Translations under genes and position numbers: made by a program
In this document: piece by piece, positions 34,557-43,550 of the stretch
Layout: each line of letters begins with the position of its first letter
Numbering within the stretch: position 1 is the stretch's first letter
Notes under the pieces: model-generated
What the model was told of the DNA's origin: nothing
Databases searched by the model: none
What the model saw: only the letters and a program-made list of their open reading frames with translations
NCBI GenBank assembly: GCA_900769815.1
Contig: CAAGID010000030.1
Location: 2,993-66,992, forward strand
DNA length: 64,000 bases
Direction of reading: 5' to 3'
Origin: Clostridia bacterium
GTDB taxonomy: Bacteria; Bacillota; Clostridia; Christensenellales; QALW01

Positions 34557-36347
34557 TTACTCTAATACTGCCTTAATACGGCGAACGCCTGCCGATGAGC
34601 TTTCTTCTTTCTTAATCTTGAATTTACCAAGCTCGCCTGTACGGCTTGCGTGAGGACCGCCACAGATTTCCTTTGAATACTGACCCATTGTGTAAACCTT
34701 AACAACAGTATCATACTTGCTCTCAAATAAGCCGATAGCGCCTGATGCTTTTGCTTCTTCAAGAGGCATCTGTTCACAGATAATTTCAACGTCAGCTTCT
34801 ATAGCCTCATTAACAAGCTTTTCAACCTCGTCAAGCTCTTCTCTTGTAACCTTTCTGCCGAAAGTGAAGTCAAAGCGGAGACGCTCGGAAGTAATGTTAC
34901 TGCCCTTCTGTGCTACATCTGGGTCGTTAAGAACTTTGCGGAGTGCTGAATGCATAAGGTGCGTTGCAGTGTGAAGTCTTGCAGTTTCTTCTGTCTGCTC
35001 GGCAAGACCGCCCTTAAAGCGTTGCTCTGATCCTTGTGAAGACTTTTTTTGATGTTCCTTAAAGCATTCTTCAAAGCCTGCCATATCAACCGTATAGCCC
35101 TTTTCCTTTGCCATTTCGCCTGTAAGCTCAGGTGGGAAGCCAAAGGTATCATAAAGATGGAAGGTTGTATTGCCGTCAACAACGGTTTTATTTTCTTTCT
35201 GCATCTGATTTGAAACTTTTTCAAATTCCTTAAGTCCCTGCTTAAGCGTGCGTGTAAAGCGTTCTTCTTCAAGCTTAAGCTGTTCAATAATAAATGCACT
35301 GTTTTGGCTAAGCTCAGGATATACTGCTTTATACTGCTCAATATATACCTTTGAAATTTCAACAATTGAGTTTACCGGCATATCAAGAGAGTTTGCAAAA
35401 CGGATTGCACGGCGGATAAGTCTTCTTAAAACGTAACCCTGGTCAACGTTTGAAGGCGTAACTGCCTTGGGGTCGCCTAAAATAAAGGTTGCGGTACGAA
35501 TATGGTCGGCAATAACGCGGAATGCCTTTGTAACATCTTCGCTTTCGCCGTATTTCTTGCCTGAAATTTCTGCGATTTTAGCTAAGGATGCAGTAAAAAG
35601 ATCAGTTTCATATACTGATTTTACGCCCTGGAGAACGCCGATTGTGCGCTCAAGACCCATACCTGTATCAACGTTCTTTTTCTGAAGCTGAGAAAGCGTA
35701 CCGTCAGCATTTCGGTTATACTGCATAAATACGTCGTTCCAGATTTCAAGGTACTTACCGCAATCGCAGGCAGGAGAACACTCATCACAGCACTTGGACT
35801 TGCCGGTATCAATAAACATTTCAGTATCAGGGCCGCAGGGACCCTGTGTACCTGCCCACCACCAGTTATTTTCCTTGGGAAGGTAGAAAATATGGTCTTC
35901 CTTTACTCCGTTCTCCATCCAATACGATGCAGCTTCGGTATCCTTGGGGCTGTCCTCATCCCCTGCAAAAACCGTAAAATAAAGTTTATCGGGGTCAAGA
36001 CCAAGCCATTCCTTTGAGGTTAAAAACTCATAAGACCAGGTAATTGCTTCTTTCTTAAAATAATCGCCCAATGACCAGTTACCTAACATTTCAAAGAATG
36101 TAAGGTGTGATGCATCGCCAACTTCATCAATATCGCCTGTACGAACACACTTCTGTACGTCAGTAAGACGTGTGCCCTGGGGATGAGGCTGACCTAAAAG
36201 GTAAGGTACCAACGGATGCATACCTGCCGTTGTAAAAAGTACGCTGGGGTCATTTTCAGGGATAAGGGATGCGCCTTCAATTACCGCGTGACCCTTAGAA
36301 TGGAAAAAGTTAATAAATTTACTTCTGAGTTCATCTGATTTTATCAT
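34557..36347 (-). CDS. alaS: alanine--tRNA ligase, short form (catalytic and editing domains, no C-Ala domain)
   Basis: 596 aa. ELRSKFINFFHSKGH, FTTAGMHPLVPYLLG, FFEMLGNWSLGDYFK, editing-site HTATHLMH and ICGGPH. The protein ends soon after the editing domain. Confidence 0.85.
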   Translation of the reverse strand: MIKSDELRSKFINFFHSKGHAVIEGASLIPENDPSVLFTTAGMHPLVPYLLGQPHPQGTRLTDVQKCVRTGDIDEVGDASHLTFFEMLGNWSLGDYFKKEAITWSYEFLTSKEWLGLDPDKLYFTVFAGDEDSPKDTEAASYWMENGVKEDHIFYLPKENNWWWAGTQGPCGPDTEMFIDTGKSKCCDECSPACDCGKYLEIWNDVFMQYNRNADGTLSQLQKKNVDTGMGLERTIGVLQGVKSVYETDLFTASLAKIAEISGKKYGESEDVTKAFRVIADHIRTATFILGDPKAVTPSNVDQGYVLRRLIRRAIRFANSLDMPVNSIVEISKVYIEQYKAVYPELSQNSAFIIEQLKLEEERFTRTLKQGLKEFEKVSNQMQKENKTVVDGNTTFHLYDTFGFPPELTGEMAKEKGYTVDMAGFEECFKEHQKKSSQGSEQRFKGGLAEQTEETARLHTATHLMHSALRKVLNDPDVAQKGSNITSERLRFDFTFGRKVTREELDEVEKLVNEAIEADVEIICEQMPLEEAKASGAIGLFESKYDTVVKVYTMGQYSKEICGGPHASRTGELGKFKIKKEESSSAGVRRIKAVLE

Positions 36348-36385
36348 AAAAAATTCTCCGTTTCAGTATTTATAAACATAAATAT

Positions 36386-36414
36386 ATTATATATAATACT
36401 AGGGTTTGTGTCAA
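36386..36414 (-). promoter_or_regulatory. consensus sigma-A promoter for the alaS-like gene
   Basis: Minus strand: TTGACA (36409-36414), 17-nt spacer, TATAAT (36386-36391). There is no room for a T-box leader. Confidence 0.6.
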
Positions 36415-36417
36415 TTT

Positions 36418-37248
36418 CTATTTGTATAAACTTCTTAATATTTGAATTTCTTTTTTGTATCCGTCAAGCTCGTTAGGTGTTTCAAGTAAGAAAGGTATGC
36501 CTTTTAAGGCTTTATGGTTAATTATTCTTTCAAAAGCATCGATGCCGATAAAGCCCTCGCCTATCTTCTGATGTCTGTCCTTATGACTTTTAAAAGGGTT
36601 CATCGTATCGTTTATATGAATAGCTTTAAGCCGATCTAATCCGATAACCTTATCAAATTTTTCTAACACTCCGTCAAGGTCATTTACAATATCATAGCCT
36701 GCATCAAAAACGTGGCACGTATCAAGGCAAACGCCAAGCTTTTCTTTTAATTGAGTGTTATCTATTATTTTTCTTAATTCCTCAAAGGTTGAGCCTACTT
36801 CACTACCCTTTCCCGACATCGTTTCCAATAAAACCGTTGTAGTAGTTTCCGTTGTTAAAACACGGTTTAATATATCACAAATAAGTTCAATACCTTTGTC
36901 AATACCCTGTCCTACGTGACTTCCGGGATGGAAATTATATAATTGGTTAGGTGTATATTCCATTCTTGAAAGGTCATCTTTAAACACACTATAGGCAAAA
37001 GCACGGGTTTCCTCTTTATCTGAACACGGATTAAGAGTATAAGGAGCGTGTGCAAGAATTTTTGCAAAGTTATTTTCCTTTTGAAAAACGTTAAAGGCAT
37101 CGGTATCATCTTTATCTATTGCCTTTGCCGCACCTCCTCGTGGATTACGGGTAAAAAACTGAAAAGTGTTTGCACCTAACTCTTTAGCCGTTTGTCCCAT
37201 ATTAAGATATCCCTTTGATGAAGATAAATGACAACCTATATTAAGCAT
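36418..37248 (-). CDS. nfo: deoxyribonuclease IV (endonuclease IV)
   Basis: 276 aa. [32 protein letters not shown] and HINDT motifs. Confidence 0.92.
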   Translation of the reverse strand: MLNIGCHLSSSKGYLNMGQTAKELGANTFQFFTRNPRGGAAKAIDKDDTDAFNVFQKENNFAKILAHAPYTLNPCSDKEETRAFAYSVFKDDLSRMEYTPNQLYNFHPGSHVGQGIDKGIELICDILNRVLTTETTTTVLLETMSGKGSEVGSTFEELRKIIDNTQLKEKLGVCLDTCHVFDAGYDIVNDLDGVLEKFDKVIGLDRLKAIHINDTMNPFKSHKDRHQKIGEGFIGIDAFERIINHKALKGIPFLLETPNELDGYKKEIQILRSLYK

Positions 37249-37324
37249 AAAATCACCTGCATAAAAATCATTTATATAATTATACCAATTTTTTCTATTT
37301 TTTGCAATATGTAAAATTACTGCC

Positions 37325-38413
37325 TCAAGAATGAGACAGTATTTTTTTCTGTGCTTTTTCCTTGATAAGCATAATCACCCACATTATTATGGGTATAATG
37401 AATAGGAAAATAAGATTCAGGGGAATAAAGATTTTTTCGGACAGCAATTCAAGCTCAAAGGTTGTTTTGCCCATCATTGGCACGAGAGTTACGCATATTA
37501 CAAAAAAAGGAATAAGAAGTTCCTTTGTGTTGCTTATTCGTGTTATACCCCCAAACAGTTTTACCGTTGCCGCACCGATAAAGGATATAAGCACAAAATC
37601 CGAAAGTATCCATAAAGTAATAACAAAGGCCTCTATATGCTGTAAAAACTCGCCTAAGGAAATCTGCTTTACAACAGAGAAAAAGGGATATGGCAGTTTT
37701 TCAATAATTTTTGGTCCCAAAGTGCCGATAACCGTTATAAAGAGCCACACCGTAAACAAGGTAACTGCTATTGTACCGAAAATTGCCTGTTTTTTAAACC
37801 TTTCCCTTTCATTGATTTCATCGAGAAAGAATAATACGAAGGTAATATAACCAAAGCTTGCTACGTTAAATACCGCAACGTGCGTAAGACTTCTCCAATC
37901 ATATATGGGCACAAGAACCTTTGTTTCAACATCAGGTGTTAAAAATGCAAGCAATATAACGGAAACAACCATAATTGTAGGTAAAAGTAATTCGTTCATT
38001 CTTGCAATAACGCTGATGCCGTTTCTAAGTGCATAAATACAGATAGCCACAAGAATTATTACAAAAATATCCATACCGATTTCGGTATATATGGTGCTTG
38101 CTACACGTTGTGCATAATAGCGAATCTGTATACTTGTTAATAGGGTGCCCCATATAACGTAGATAACACCCATAATCTTGCTTATTATGGTGCCAAAGGA
38201 ATATTCCATTTGCTGATAAAAGTTTCTGTTTCTTTTTATGAGCGACCACAGTACAAATATAAAAAGTATTATAAATGCACCTGAAAACAATGGTGCTATC
38301 CAACTTGATTGGTCTCCCCTGCCTGAAACAAAGGAGGAAAAAAGTCTTACTGCAGGGGAAAACACCATTGCAACTATTATCATAAGTGCCTGACGCATAG
38401 ATATTTTTTTCAT
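37325..38413 (-). CDS. spore germinant receptor B subunit (GerAB/GerKB-type permease)
   Basis: ORF 37325-38422. The ATG at 38413 follows GAGGTGG and overlaps the upstream small-ORF stop (TAATG). About 10 TM helices. [14 protein letters not shown] is a typical N-terminus. Confidence 0.85.
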   Translation of the reverse strand: MKKISMRQALMIIVAMVFSPAVRLFSSFVSGRGDQSSWIAPLFSGAFIILFIFVLWSLIKRNRNFYQQMEYSFGTIISKIMGVIYVIWGTLLTSIQIRYYAQRVASTIYTEIGMDIFVIILVAICIYALRNGISVIARMNELLLPTIMVVSVILLAFLTPDVETKVLVPIYDWRSLTHVAVFNVASFGYITFVLFFLDEINERERFKKQAIFGTIAVTLFTVWLFITVIGTLGPKIIEKLPYPFFSVVKQISLGEFLQHIEAFVITLWILSDFVLISFIGAATVKLFGGITRISNTKELLIPFFVICVTLVPMMGKTTFELELLSEKIFIPLNLIFLFIIPIIMWVIMLIKEKAQKKILSHS

Positions 38414-38586
38414 TACGCCCACCTCTTTACTATATCCGCTAAAGTGGGCTCAATCATAATATTTATCAGCCCCAATATTACTGCAATAAGCGTCAATAAA
38501 AGATATATCCCCTTATTTTCAACCTTTCTCACTATAAATACTTTTATAAAACTATATATAAAAAACAGAATAAAAAGATATTTCAT
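38413..38586 (-). CDS. small two-TM protein inside the ger operon (possible D subunit)
   Basis: Not in the track (57 aa). The ATG at 38586 is 7 nt after AGGGGG. MKYLFILFFIYSFIKVFIVRKVENKGIYLLLTLIAVILGLINIMIEPTLADIVKRWA. It exactly fills the gap between the C and B subunit genes. Confidence 0.55.
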   Translation of the reverse strand: MKYLFILFFIYSFIKVFIVRKVENKGIYLLLTLIAVILGLINIMIEPTLADIVKRWA

Positions 38587-39693
38587 TTAATCGCCCCCTT
38601 GTTTTACGGGTTTTCCTGAAGTCTTTGACGGGTCAAGCTTTGAATCTACTGAGATTTCAAAAGTTATCTTAGAAAAAGTTTCGCCCCAAGCATCAATATA
38701 TTTTTCTGCAGTTTTAGGCGAAATGTTATGAAAAGAGTCGCCAAAGGTGGCAACGTCGCACTTTTTACTTTTTAAATAAATTAGCGTTTCTTTCGTAATC
38801 CTCTCTATTTCGCCATTTTGAAAATCAATAATTTTTTCACTTAACATACTATCGAATTTTTCAATATCACTGTCAGCCTGAAGGACTTCCGTCTGAAAAT
38901 TTATACCAATTTTAAAAATTCCGTCCTCCATTTTGATTTTCGATTTAAAATCAGAAACTTTAATAGTGACTTTTTTTTCATCAATATCACTTATTAAAAC
39001 AAGATTTTCAACGTCGCTGTTTAAAAAGTTTATACCTAACGACTTTTCCTTATCGGCAAAATCAAGAACACGATCTTTCTCAAATATGCAGTAGCCTTCA
39101 ACTCTGAATCCGTCTTTTTCGTTGTCAGTAACTATATATGGCAAATATGGTGAGCGAAAGGGGTCTTCAAGCATCTCAACAAGCTGTGATAATTCCACCT
39201 GTCCTGACGACGAGGTGCTGTAATTTGATTCAAGAAGCTTCGTTATCCTGTCAGAAATATGTCTTTCTTGACCGCTGTTATCTTCAATTATCTTTTTTGC
39301 TTCTTCGCCTTTTACCACAATTACCGGAATATCAAACCTTAATTCATCTGACCTGACAAGATAATCAACCGTATCTATAATACCTTTGCGTGCCATATTT
39401 TCGCCTAATAATACGCAGCTTATCTGCCCAAAAAACATTTTGTTATCAGTTGATGCTTCAAGCATATTAAAACCCTCTGAAAGAGTTTCACATTCAACGG
39501 AAATATAGTCCTTGCTTTCTACCTTCTCGGTATCCTTTGATTTTGGCAACTGTATTCCCGCAGTTACCCTTAGCCCTTTTTCACATTCATCTATTGCAAT
39601 TATTTTTACAAAAGCTATTTCGTCTATCTGCTCCCCTTCTTTACAAGAACAGAACAATAAAGGAATAAGCAATATCAGTAATAATTTTTTCAT
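38587..39693 (-). CDS. spore germinant receptor C subunit (Ger(x)C lipoprotein)
   Basis: 368 aa. Lipobox LLFCSC and the typical GerC N-terminus (...IDEIAFVKIIAIDE...). Confidence 0.85.
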   Translation of the reverse strand: MKKLLLILLIPLLFCSCKEGEQIDEIAFVKIIAIDECEKGLRVTAGIQLPKSKDTEKVESKDYISVECETLSEGFNMLEASTDNKMFFGQISCVLLGENMARKGIIDTVDYLVRSDELRFDIPVIVVKGEEAKKIIEDNSGQERHISDRITKLLESNYSTSSSGQVELSQLVEMLEDPFRSPYLPYIVTDNEKDGFRVEGYCIFEKDRVLDFADKEKSLGINFLNSDVENLVLISDIDEKKVTIKVSDFKSKIKMEDGIFKIGINFQTEVLQADSDIEKFDSMLSEKIIDFQNGEIERITKETLIYLKSKKCDVATFGDSFHNISPKTAEKYIDAWGETFSKITFEISVDSKLDPSKTSGKPVKQGGD

Positions 39694-41120
39694 TTGCTCC
39701 TCCGCTTATTTGATACGTTCAATTCATTAGGTCGCTCTTTATTAAGCATATCAGGCACCACTACAAGAGCATCCTTTAATCTGATTTTTTTAACGCCCGC
39801 AAAAGGTGCAAGATAGGGTACGCCAAAGCTTTCAAGAGAAGCAAGATGAGCAAGTAATACTATTCCGCTTGCAACAACACCAAAAAGTCCTAAAACTCCG
39901 CCTGCAATAGTTATAATTATCCGCCACAATCTTAAGCCGTTTGAAAATTCCTGATTTGGCATTGCAAAGGAGGATATTGCCGAAACTGCAACTATAATAA
40001 GTGCGGCAGGAGAAACAAGGTCGGCAGCAATGGCGGCTTCGCCTACAACAAGAGCTCCTACAATGGATACCGCCTGCCCTGAGCTTTGGGGCATATGAAG
40101 GCCCGCTTCTATTAAAACTTCAAAAAGTGCAAGCATCGCTAACACTTCAAATACCACCGGAAACGGTACGCCAAGCTTGGCTTCTGCTATAGATAAAGCA
40201 AGTTTTGACGGAAGCATTTCATAGTGAAAGGTAGTTAACGCCACGTAGCCGCCTGGAAGAAGCACCTCAACAAACAAAAGACAATATCTTAATAGTCTTA
40301 CCACCGATGCAAAAATAAAGTTACCTGAATAGTCTTCGGGAGTTGACATAAGCTGTGATATGGTTGCAGGCAGAATATAGCCTATAGGAAGACCGTCAAC
40401 CAATATTACACATCTGCCGTTTAAAAGACTTCTTGCAACCTTATCGGGACGCTCAGTAATTATTGATTGCGGAAAAAATGAATAGAGACTGCTTCTTAAA
40501 TACTGCTCAACCGTGCCCGGCGTAATTATGCCGTCATTCTGAATGTTTTTAAGTTTATTCTTTATTTCCTTAACAAGCTTTTTGTTAACTATGTTTTTCA
40601 TATAGATAACGGCAACAGCGGTATTTGCTTGCTTGCCTATGATACTTTGTTCAATCATTAAGTTTTCACTTACGATTTTCTTGCGAAGTAGCGACGTATT
40701 TACCCTTAATTCTTCAACAAAGCAGTCCTTTGATGCCTTGACGGCACTTTCCTCGCTTGGTTGCTCAACAGACCGTTTCTCAGTTCTTCTTACGTCAAAA
40801 AGATATACTTCGTCCTGACAAATTACCGCCGCCTTACCGCGAATTATGCCTTGAACAACCTCTTTTTTATCAGTCGCTTCAGTGCTGTCGCAAAAAGATA
40901 TTAAACCTGTTTCAACGGCATCCTTGATATTATGAACGTGCCTTAACTTTTCAACAACGAATCTTGAAAGAGTTGCACTGTCTATCATTCCGTCTATATA
41001 AAATATTCCGCAGGTCTTACCGTTTATTTTAATAAACCGCTTTTTAAAATCGGCATTACCTGAAAAAACCTCCAAAATATCTTCCTGCGTTATAGGTACT
41101 TTTCCATACATATTTTTCAC
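39690..41120 (-). CDS. spore germinant receptor A subunit (GerA/GerKA family)
   Basis: 476 aa. Soluble N-domain plus C-terminal TM bundle. PTIITERPDKVA-like (PQSIITERPDKVARSLLNGR) and PEDY motifs. Confidence 0.9.
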   Translation of the reverse strand: MKNMYGKVPITQEDILEVFSGNADFKKRFIKINGKTCGIFYIDGMIDSATLSRFVVEKLRHVHNIKDAVETGLISFCDSTEATDKKEVVQGIIRGKAAVICQDEVYLFDVRRTEKRSVEQPSEESAVKASKDCFVEELRVNTSLLRKKIVSENLMIEQSIIGKQANTAVAVIYMKNIVNKKLVKEIKNKLKNIQNDGIITPGTVEQYLRSSLYSFFPQSIITERPDKVARSLLNGRCVILVDGLPIGYILPATISQLMSTPEDYSGNFIFASVVRLLRYCLLFVEVLLPGGYVALTTFHYEMLPSKLALSIAEAKLGVPFPVVFEVLAMLALFEVLIEAGLHMPQSSGQAVSIVGALVVGEAAIAADLVSPAALIIVAVSAISSFAMPNQEFSNGLRLWRIIITIAGGVLGLFGVVASGIVLLAHLASLESFGVPYLAPFAGVKKIRLKDALVVVPDMLNKERPNELNVSNKRRSK

Positions 41121-41175
41121 CTGTTTTCACAAATTTCCATTATTATTTTTAATAAAAATAAAAAAAATATACTTG

Positions 41176-41204
41176 TTGACCTTAACCTTTTTAATTGGTA
41201 TAAT
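41176..41204 (+). promoter_or_regulatory. sigma-A-type promoter for the 41233 gene
   Basis: TTGACC (41176-41181), 17-nt spacer, TATAAT (41199-41204). Confidence 0.55.
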
Positions 41205-41232
41205 ATTGGAAATGCCATTCTAAGGAGTATTT

Positions 41233-41508
41233 ATGTTAAAATTTTGGTTGAAAATTTATCAAAACAACAAGCTCATTAACGATACGGTTTGCGACGTTGA
41301 CGATAAAAAAAGTGCTAAAGAAATTTTAGAAGATTCACTAAAGGAATGCTGCTATAACCTTGACATTCCTAATCCTATGATTATGAAAAAGCATATAAAG
41401 GACATAAAGGAATATTCTCTTACACGTTTCTTACCTGATGATTTCCCTGAAAGTGTCGATTTTGACAGAGTGGAAATAAATGTCTTTGACGATTCAAAGA
41501 AAAAATGA
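41233..41508 (+). CDS. hypothetical protein (91 aa)
   Basis: AAGGAG RBS 7 nt upstream. No recognisable family. Confidence 0.55.
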   Translation: MLKFWLKIYQNNKLINDTVCDVDDKKSAKEILEDSLKECCYNLDIPNPMIMKKHIKDIKEYSLTRFLPDDFPESVDFDRVEINVFDDSKKK

Positions 41509-41556
41509 ATTTTTTTATTAGCTCCGTCCATACTAATATGCGAAGGAGTGATAAAT

Positions 41557-41766
41557 ATGGCAATTGATAAAACTGCTCTTGCTATTACAATTATCGGCGC
41601 ACTTAACTGGCTGCTCGTAGGTTTATTCTCTTTTGACCTTGTAGCTTTTATCTGCGGCGGCGGTGCAACCATCGCAGCAAGAATCATTTACGCAGTTATC
41701 GGTATTACAGCCCTGTGGTCAATTACTTTACTTTTCCGCAGAATACGGCCTGTCACCGAAACTTAA
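41557..41766 (+). CDS. DUF378 membrane protein
   Basis: ORF 41548-41766. The ATG at 41557 lies 8 nt after GGAG. MAIDKTALAITIIGALNWLLVGLFSFDLVAFI is the DUF378 signature. Confidence 0.8.
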   Translation: MAIDKTALAITIIGALNWLLVGLFSFDLVAFICGGGATIAARIIYAVIGITALWSITLLFRRIRPVTET

Positions 41767-41778
41767 ATATTGACAAAT

Positions 41779-41822
41779 CCCCCTTTTTAGTGCATAATAA
41801 AAGCATTAAAAAGGGGGTTTTT
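41779..41822 (+). terminator. intrinsic terminator of the DUF378 gene, overlapping a promoter and the RBS of the next gene
   Basis: CCCCCTTTTTA-(17 nt)-TAAAAAGGGGG followed by TTTTT. TTGACA (41770-41775), 17 nt, CATAAT (41793-41798) places a -10 in the loop. The right arm GGGGG is the only SD-like element before the ATG at 41827. Confidence 0.6.
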
Positions 41823-41826
41823 ACTT

Positions 41827-43536
41827 ATGATTATAAACTTAAAGGATTTCTTGTATCTTAAAGAAGACAACGATTTTACACTTTGTGTGCAGGAAGCCTT
41901 ACATACTTTAAAAAAGCATCCGGGCGCAACCTTAAAATTGGGCGGAGGCGAATACCATTTTTATGAAAAATACGCATTTCAAAAGGATTATTACATCTCA
42001 AACAATACCTATGGCAAGAAAAATATCATCTTTCCTTTAATTGATATGGAAGACGTTACCGTTGACGGCGAAGGTGCTGACCTTATGTTCCACGGCGATA
42101 TCCTTCCCTTTGTTATTGATAATTCAAAAAATGTTACCTTAAAGAATTTTAAAATTGACTATCCTAATCCCTTCTTTTTTCAAGGCGAAATAACTGATGC
42201 ACAAGAAGATTTTATCGAGATTACCTTTGACCCAAAAGGCACAAGCCTCAAAATTGAAGACAATAATATGGTATTTTTCAGTCCTGAAGACGGTTGGGAG
42301 ATTAAAAAGGACAGAGCACTTACAACTGAGTTTGATATAAAAACCTCAGGTCCTTCAAGTCATATTTCCCCATACATTCTGTTTTTAAGCGACAAAAGTG
42401 ACGGTAGTTTTTTAGAGAGAATGTACCGCTATATGAAAGCAACCCAATTAGCAGAAAATAAAATTCGCTTTGACGGTCATTTCAAGCACACCCATAATAT
42501 CGGAAATATGTTCGTTTGCACTTGTGCACCGGGAAGAACGTCACCGGGCATCTTGATTAACGAGGCAAAGGATACCTTGCTTAAGGATGTTACATTACAT
42601 TCAAGCATTGCTATGGGTATTATCGGTCAGCTTTCTGAAAACGTTACTCTTGAAAACGTAAAAACTGTTCCCAGAGAAAACAGCGGAAGATATTTGTCGG
42701 TAAATGCTGATTCTACGCACTTTGTTAACTGTACCGGTGCTATCAGATACGAAAACTGTATTTTTACAAATATGCTTGACGATGCAGGAAACGTACACGG
42801 TAACTACTTAAAAATCGCAAAGGTTATTGATAAACATACTCTTTTATTAACCTTCGGTCACGAGGAGCAGGTTGGCGTAAGTATATTTTCAAAGGGCGAC
42901 GTTGTACGCCTTGTAGACAATAAAAAAATGACTGAAATTGCCTGCGTTACGGTAAAGGAATCTACTCTCCTTTCAACAGATTATATTCGACTTGAAGTTG
43001 AAGAAGATTTACCTGAATTAAATAAAGGCAACACCGTTGAAAACTTCACTAAAATGCCTGAATTATACATAAACAACTGTATATCAGGTCATAACCGTCC
43101 TCGCGGATTCCTGCCCTCAACCTGGAGAAAGACTGTTATTACAAACAATACTTTCTATAATATGTCCCAGGCACTTCACTTTACGGGTGACAGTAATGAT
43201 TGGTTTGAATCAGGTCACGTTGAAGACGTTATAATAAAAAACAACAACTTCAAAAACTCGGCTTATACAGGCGGTTGCGCAATAATAATCGACCCCCACG
43301 TTTTAGAGGGCGATACCCCCTATCACAAAAATATTATTATTGAGGACAACGTTTTTGAAATGCACGAGGAACGCTTCCTGATTGCCAAGCACGTTGAAAA
43401 CCTTGTTTTCAAAAACAATAAATTTATTAAAAACGAATTGCTGCCTGCACATAATAAACCCAACGAAAAAGGCATTGTAATTGCCGACAGTTGTGTTAAT
43501 TCAATAATTGAAGACGTAAAAAAATGCACCGATTAA
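41827..43536 (+). CDS. right-handed parallel beta-helix protein, probable glycoside hydrolase (GH110-like by recollection)
   Basis: 569 aa. No signal peptide. Repeated beta-helix rungs (…NVTLKNFKI…, …DVTLHSS…, …NCIFTNM…, …IIKNNNFKNS…, …IIEDNVFE…). Confidence 0.6.
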   Translation: MIINLKDFLYLKEDNDFTLCVQEALHTLKKHPGATLKLGGGEYHFYEKYAFQKDYYISNNTYGKKNIIFPLIDMEDVTVDGEGADLMFHGDILPFVIDNSKNVTLKNFKIDYPNPFFFQGEITDAQEDFIEITFDPKGTSLKIEDNNMVFFSPEDGWEIKKDRALTTEFDIKTSGPSSHISPYILFLSDKSDGSFLERMYRYMKATQLAENKIRFDGHFKHTHNIGNMFVCTCAPGRTSPGILINEAKDTLLKDVTLHSSIAMGIIGQLSENVTLENVKTVPRENSGRYLSVNADSTHFVNCTGAIRYENCIFTNMLDDAGNVHGNYLKIAKVIDKHTLLLTFGHEEQVGVSIFSKGDVVRLVDNKKMTEIACVTVKESTLLSTDYIRLEVEEDLPELNKGNTVENFTKMPELYINNCISGHNRPRGFLPSTWRKTVITNNTFYNMSQALHFTGDSNDWFESGHVEDVIIKNNNFKNSAYTGGCAIIIDPHVLEGDTPYHKNIIIEDNVFEMHEERFLIAKHVENLVFKNNKFIKNELLPAHNKPNEKGIVIADSCVNSIIEDVKKCTD

Positions 43537-43550
43537 GGTGCATTTTTTCA

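Noticed and set aside
34913-35365. Long antisense or alternative-frame ORFs inside recognised genes (for example 34913-35365, 48641-49243, 37362-37850, 1899-2339, 2716-3141, 55164-55481)
   Set aside because: Each lies wholly within a gene with clear family signatures on the other strand or frame. They lack RBSs and have skewed, low-complexity composition.
36348-36417. T-box leader upstream of the alaS-like gene
   Set aside because: The intergenic region is only 70 nt and is occupied by a consensus promoter. There is no specifier loop, T-box sequence or terminator/antiterminator.
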